Shown here: piece by piece, positions 60,901 to 64,000 of the stretch
Numbering within the stretch: the first letter of the stretch is position 1
How the letters are laid out: each line of letters begins with the position of its first letter
Source: Klebsormidium nitens
Lineage: Eukaryota > Plantae > Klebsormidiophyceae
Assembly: GCA_000708835.1 (NCBI GenBank)
Contig: DF237098.1
Span: 86,312-150,311, forward strand
Reading direction: 5' to 3'
Length of the DNA: 64,000 nt
Notes under the pieces: generated by a model
Database searches by the model: none
What the model was told of the DNA's origin: nothing
What the model saw: only the letters and a program-made list of their open reading frames with translations
Made by a program: the position numbers and the translations under genes

Positions 60901-61880
60901 GCTCTTCAACCAAGTAATCTAACACCAACCCTTCCTTTCAGGGCGTTCCAAACCCTTTCTTTCAGGTCGTTGTGATGCCTGCAGTAAACTACCTCCTAGT
61001 GCAGTAAGAGCGAGCGCACTCGGGCGCAAGCCCTTTGATACACCGGGAGGTTTCTAACGAGGTGACTCTTCAGTTCATGAAGTAAGAAGCTCAACCTCAA
61101 CTCGTATCTCGACCCACTTTCCGAGACCACTCTCTTGACCCACTCTCTTGACCCAGGGCGCAGCGATGCCAGCAGTAAACAACCTCCCAGCCCGGTGGGT
61201 GACGAGAACCGAGCGCAGCCGCGCGCTGGCCCTTGTACATAGCGGGAGGAACTTCATAGAGCAACTTTCATTCCCCTAAGTAGAAGCGTACACCCAACAA
61301 TACATCCGGACGCCTTTACAGGGCGTGGCGATGCCTGCAATCAACAACCTCCTGGCGCGGTGGGTGCCAAAGACCGAGCGCAGCCGCGCACTCGCCCCTG
61401 GTGTACATTGGAATGTTCCTCCCATAGCAGCTTTCCATCCCAGACAAATGACATTTCAGTGATATATGTCGACTCGTTTTTACATTTCCAGGGCGTTGCC
61501 ATGCCGACAATGAACAACCTCCTGGCGCGGTGGGTCCCGAAGGCCGAGCGCAGCCACGCGCTGGCCCTTGTATATAGCGGGAAGTTCTTAAAGTCCCGTT
61601 TCTTAAAGTCCCGTTGTGATAACCTTACCAAACTAGAACTAATGTATGTAATTCACCTTCTCAGGGAGTGGCGATGCCTGCAATGAACAATCTTCTTGCG
61701 CGGTGGGTCCCGAAGACCGAGCGGAGCCGTGCGCTGGCCCTTGTATATAGCGGGATGTACCTGGGGAGCGTCACCGGGCTGGGGATCTCGCCCTCCTTCA
61801 TCCACCAGTTCGGGTGGCCTTCCGTCTTCTACTCCTTTGGATCGCTAGGGGCGGTGTGGGCAGTCGTCTGGTCTCGGAAC
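57977..61880 (+). CDS. PHT4: PHT4/ANTR-family (SLC17-like MFS) plastid phosphate/anion transporter, PHT4;1/PHT4;4-like; 3' exons not located within the window
   Basis: Exons: 57977-58076 (likely start, transit-peptide-like), 58991-59490, 60049-60312, 61665-61880. Protein PKRWVIVGLCFTAFLLCNMDR|VNMSIAILPMS..QSSFFWGYLLTQVAGG..MGVGE|GVAMPAMNNLLARWVP..ERSRALALVYSGMYLGSVTG..GWPSVFYSFGSLG is the recognisable ANTR1/ANTR2 signature. The first exon is less certain than the rest. Confidence 0.92.
60802..61765 (+). repeat. Five tandem echoes of the PHT4 exon 4 acceptor plus 5' half
   Basis: CAG|G(G/T)CG..G..ATGCC..CA.T.AAC.AC starts at 60802, 60966, 61157, 61322 and 61492; the true exon starts at 61665. 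Confidence 0.93.
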
Positions 61881-64000
61881 GTAAGTCGTTATGTTGCGTT
61901 TTGCGGACTTCGGTTTGGCTTCCTTGAATTTTTCCTTCCTCCATCCACCCCATTATGGGTCTTGGTCTTCTAATCCTTGATTGGGGCACTGTGAGTAATT
62001 TTCGGTTTCTGCATGAGAGTTGCTGGTTGACACAAGAAATGAAGCTTATCTTGGTTGCTTCTCTTGGACTGTAGTAGTGGGTTCCCCTCTTACGTCGTTC
62101 TTCATTCACCACTTCGGGTGGCCGTCCTTTTCTACTCCTTCGGATCCCTGGTATGACTTTGGGGGTTCCTCTGGTTTCTTAATGCGAGTCGCTGATGATG
62201 GAGATTATGATGCTTCTTTTGGTTGCTTTGTGCGAATCGTAGTGCTGGGTTCCATCTTTCGCCGTCCTTCAGTCAACAATTTGGATGGCCCTCCGTCTTC
62301 TTGCTGTTGGATTTCTATGGGCGTTAGTTTCGCCCCGAACCGTGAGTCCCTTCGGCTGGTCCGTGAGTGTGATGCATTATTCAGGAGCAAAAAGTTGTAA
62401 GAACGGAAACTCGATATCGACTATTGCTCAGGTCTGTAACTTTTCTTCGCTGGCTGTTTCTGCTCCAGTCCTTCAAATCATTCAGAAACTTCCGGTTGGG
62501 AGTGGTCCGGTCCCAGGACCTGACTTGCTGTTACTCGGCTAAGGGACGAGGTTTGGACGTTCGCTTGCCCCTTTTGAAACCGAGTTTGAAATAGGATATA
62601 TGTCAGAACTGCACTTCGAGAGAATGATGTTACTAGGTCCGGCTGTTCAAGTCACACTCACCAGACTATATTGCTTCCGGATTCTCCTTCGGGCCGGGAC
62701 GCTGTCGCAATCTGGAAGCTGGCTGCGCCGTTCCTTCTTCCTCTTCGTGCTATTCTAAAATCTTGCACACGTATGTTCTTTCTCTTTCTCTTGCTACACC
62801 GGACGGGTTTGAATGGCTGTGGAAAATGTTTGGGACGGGCCCATTATTTGGTGCATATGTCTGCCACGTGGCGCCATTCAAATGTTCGCCAGTATCTTTT
62901 GGTTCGAAGCTATCTAGGGACTATTTGCGGGCACCTTTTTACTGCAATCTCAAGGCTGCCCGGACGCTTAATCCCTCCATTTCAACCTCAACTCTTCTCA
63001 AACATCGATAGCGACAAGAACGAGCCAAAACCTTCTGTAACCATAGCTTCTCGTGCCCAGAGCTTCACGGATTCTCAATTAATGGTCAAAATGGGTGTGA
63101 AATTTTTGCTATAGAATGCCTATGTCTCAAACTGCGCTGTGGGGATACTAGCTCTACCTCTGGCTATGACGACGATACTGGGATTACAACCAAGATAGCC
63201 CTCCTTGAGTCCGATGCCAGTAATATCTACGTTCTACCCTTATCTCTCACTTTCTCTCTGTCGGACTCCTCCGTGATCCGCTTAATCAGTGATTCACTTT
63301 ATGCAATAGAATTGTCTATTCGGCTAGCACAACTACAGAGAATTCTTTCAGAATTCTGGTGGTGTGAAGATGGAGGCAGGCCTGCTTCTGCGTCTTCAGG
63401 TCCGGTTGAGGAGATGATGCTTCTCCTGGCACGTTCAAATCATCCTCTTGTCCATGCAGCTTTCAAAGCTGCATGTCCTCTCTTCTTTCTCCTTTCACGT
63501 GCTTTCGTGGGATTCCAGTGCACGCACATGGAGTTCGAAAATGCAGCTGTGGGTTTGCGGTTTCAATCTCGTATCATAGCACTGTGCGATTGTGCCTTAG
63601 CAATCTTTAGCTTCTGCAGATTTGTATCGCAGAACCGGTTAGCAGCCGTTAAACTTTATCGACCATGTTCTCTGAGACGGCTTTGCTTGCTAGCTTGAGA
63701 ATTGTGCAATTAGCGTGCTAATCCCAGGATTGCATGGGCGCCGTTGGTGTGTCCGAAAATTATCTACTCTTACCAGCTTTGCTTCTTGCACTCGTTCTTG
63801 ACCTTCGTTGCGGCCCGAAGAGAGGGCTGCCTAGCATGAAATATCTAGGCCAGTCGGAGGCCTTGCTGAAGCAGCTTCCACAAACCTCTTTCTTGTGAAC
63901 GGCTAGGATGACGCTTATGGGCTTCGACCCAGTCATGTTGTCAAGGGTGTCTGATGCCTGTTAGCACCTCGCTGTACTTTGCGAACCGCCCATCCTATGA

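Noticed and set aside
60802-61765. Echo arrays as CRISPR-like repeat-spacer arrays
   Set aside because: The units are diverged copies of the adjacent exon and splice site in a eukaryotic gene. There are no identical short repeats and no cas genes.
60802-61880. Echo arrays as Dscam-style mutually exclusive exons
   Set aside because: Each echo carries only one splice site and part of the exon. Several have frameshifts (61322 copy) or dead sites (GT>TT at 9120, AG>AC at 32753).

Overview
Intron-rich eukaryotic DNA with plant-type genes. The gene style suggests a streptophyte green alga such as Klebsormidium (inference). I reconstructed four protein-coding genes by hand from GT-AG boundaries and phase continuity. 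(1) A secreted GH10 xylanase-family gene (minus, 556-14013, 21 exons) carries three copies of an unfamiliar six-Cys module. (2) A full-size ABCG/PDR-type transporter (plus, 20093-44486, about 25 exons) has a PDZ-like domain inserted after NBD1, and both ATPase sites are degenerate. (3) A YODA/MAPKKK-alpha-like MAP3K (minus, 46872-54418). (4) A PHT4/ANTR plastid anion transporter (plus, from 57977, running off the window). The most striking non-genic structure is a set of intronic 'exon echoes': tandem partial copies of exon ends with their splice sites, mostly 120-190 bp apart. The best-preserved echoes differ from the functional exon mainly at synonymous sites, which neutral decay does not explain. 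Also seen: a 67-bp poly(A)-tailed insertion with a 16-bp target-site duplication, a 274-bp element with perfect 18-bp terminal inverted repeats, a perfect 26-bp intronic hairpin, an inverted antisense copy of an exon-donor junction, several minisatellites and a 712-N assembly gap. No rRNA, tRNA or CRISPR array was recognised. All counts are manual.
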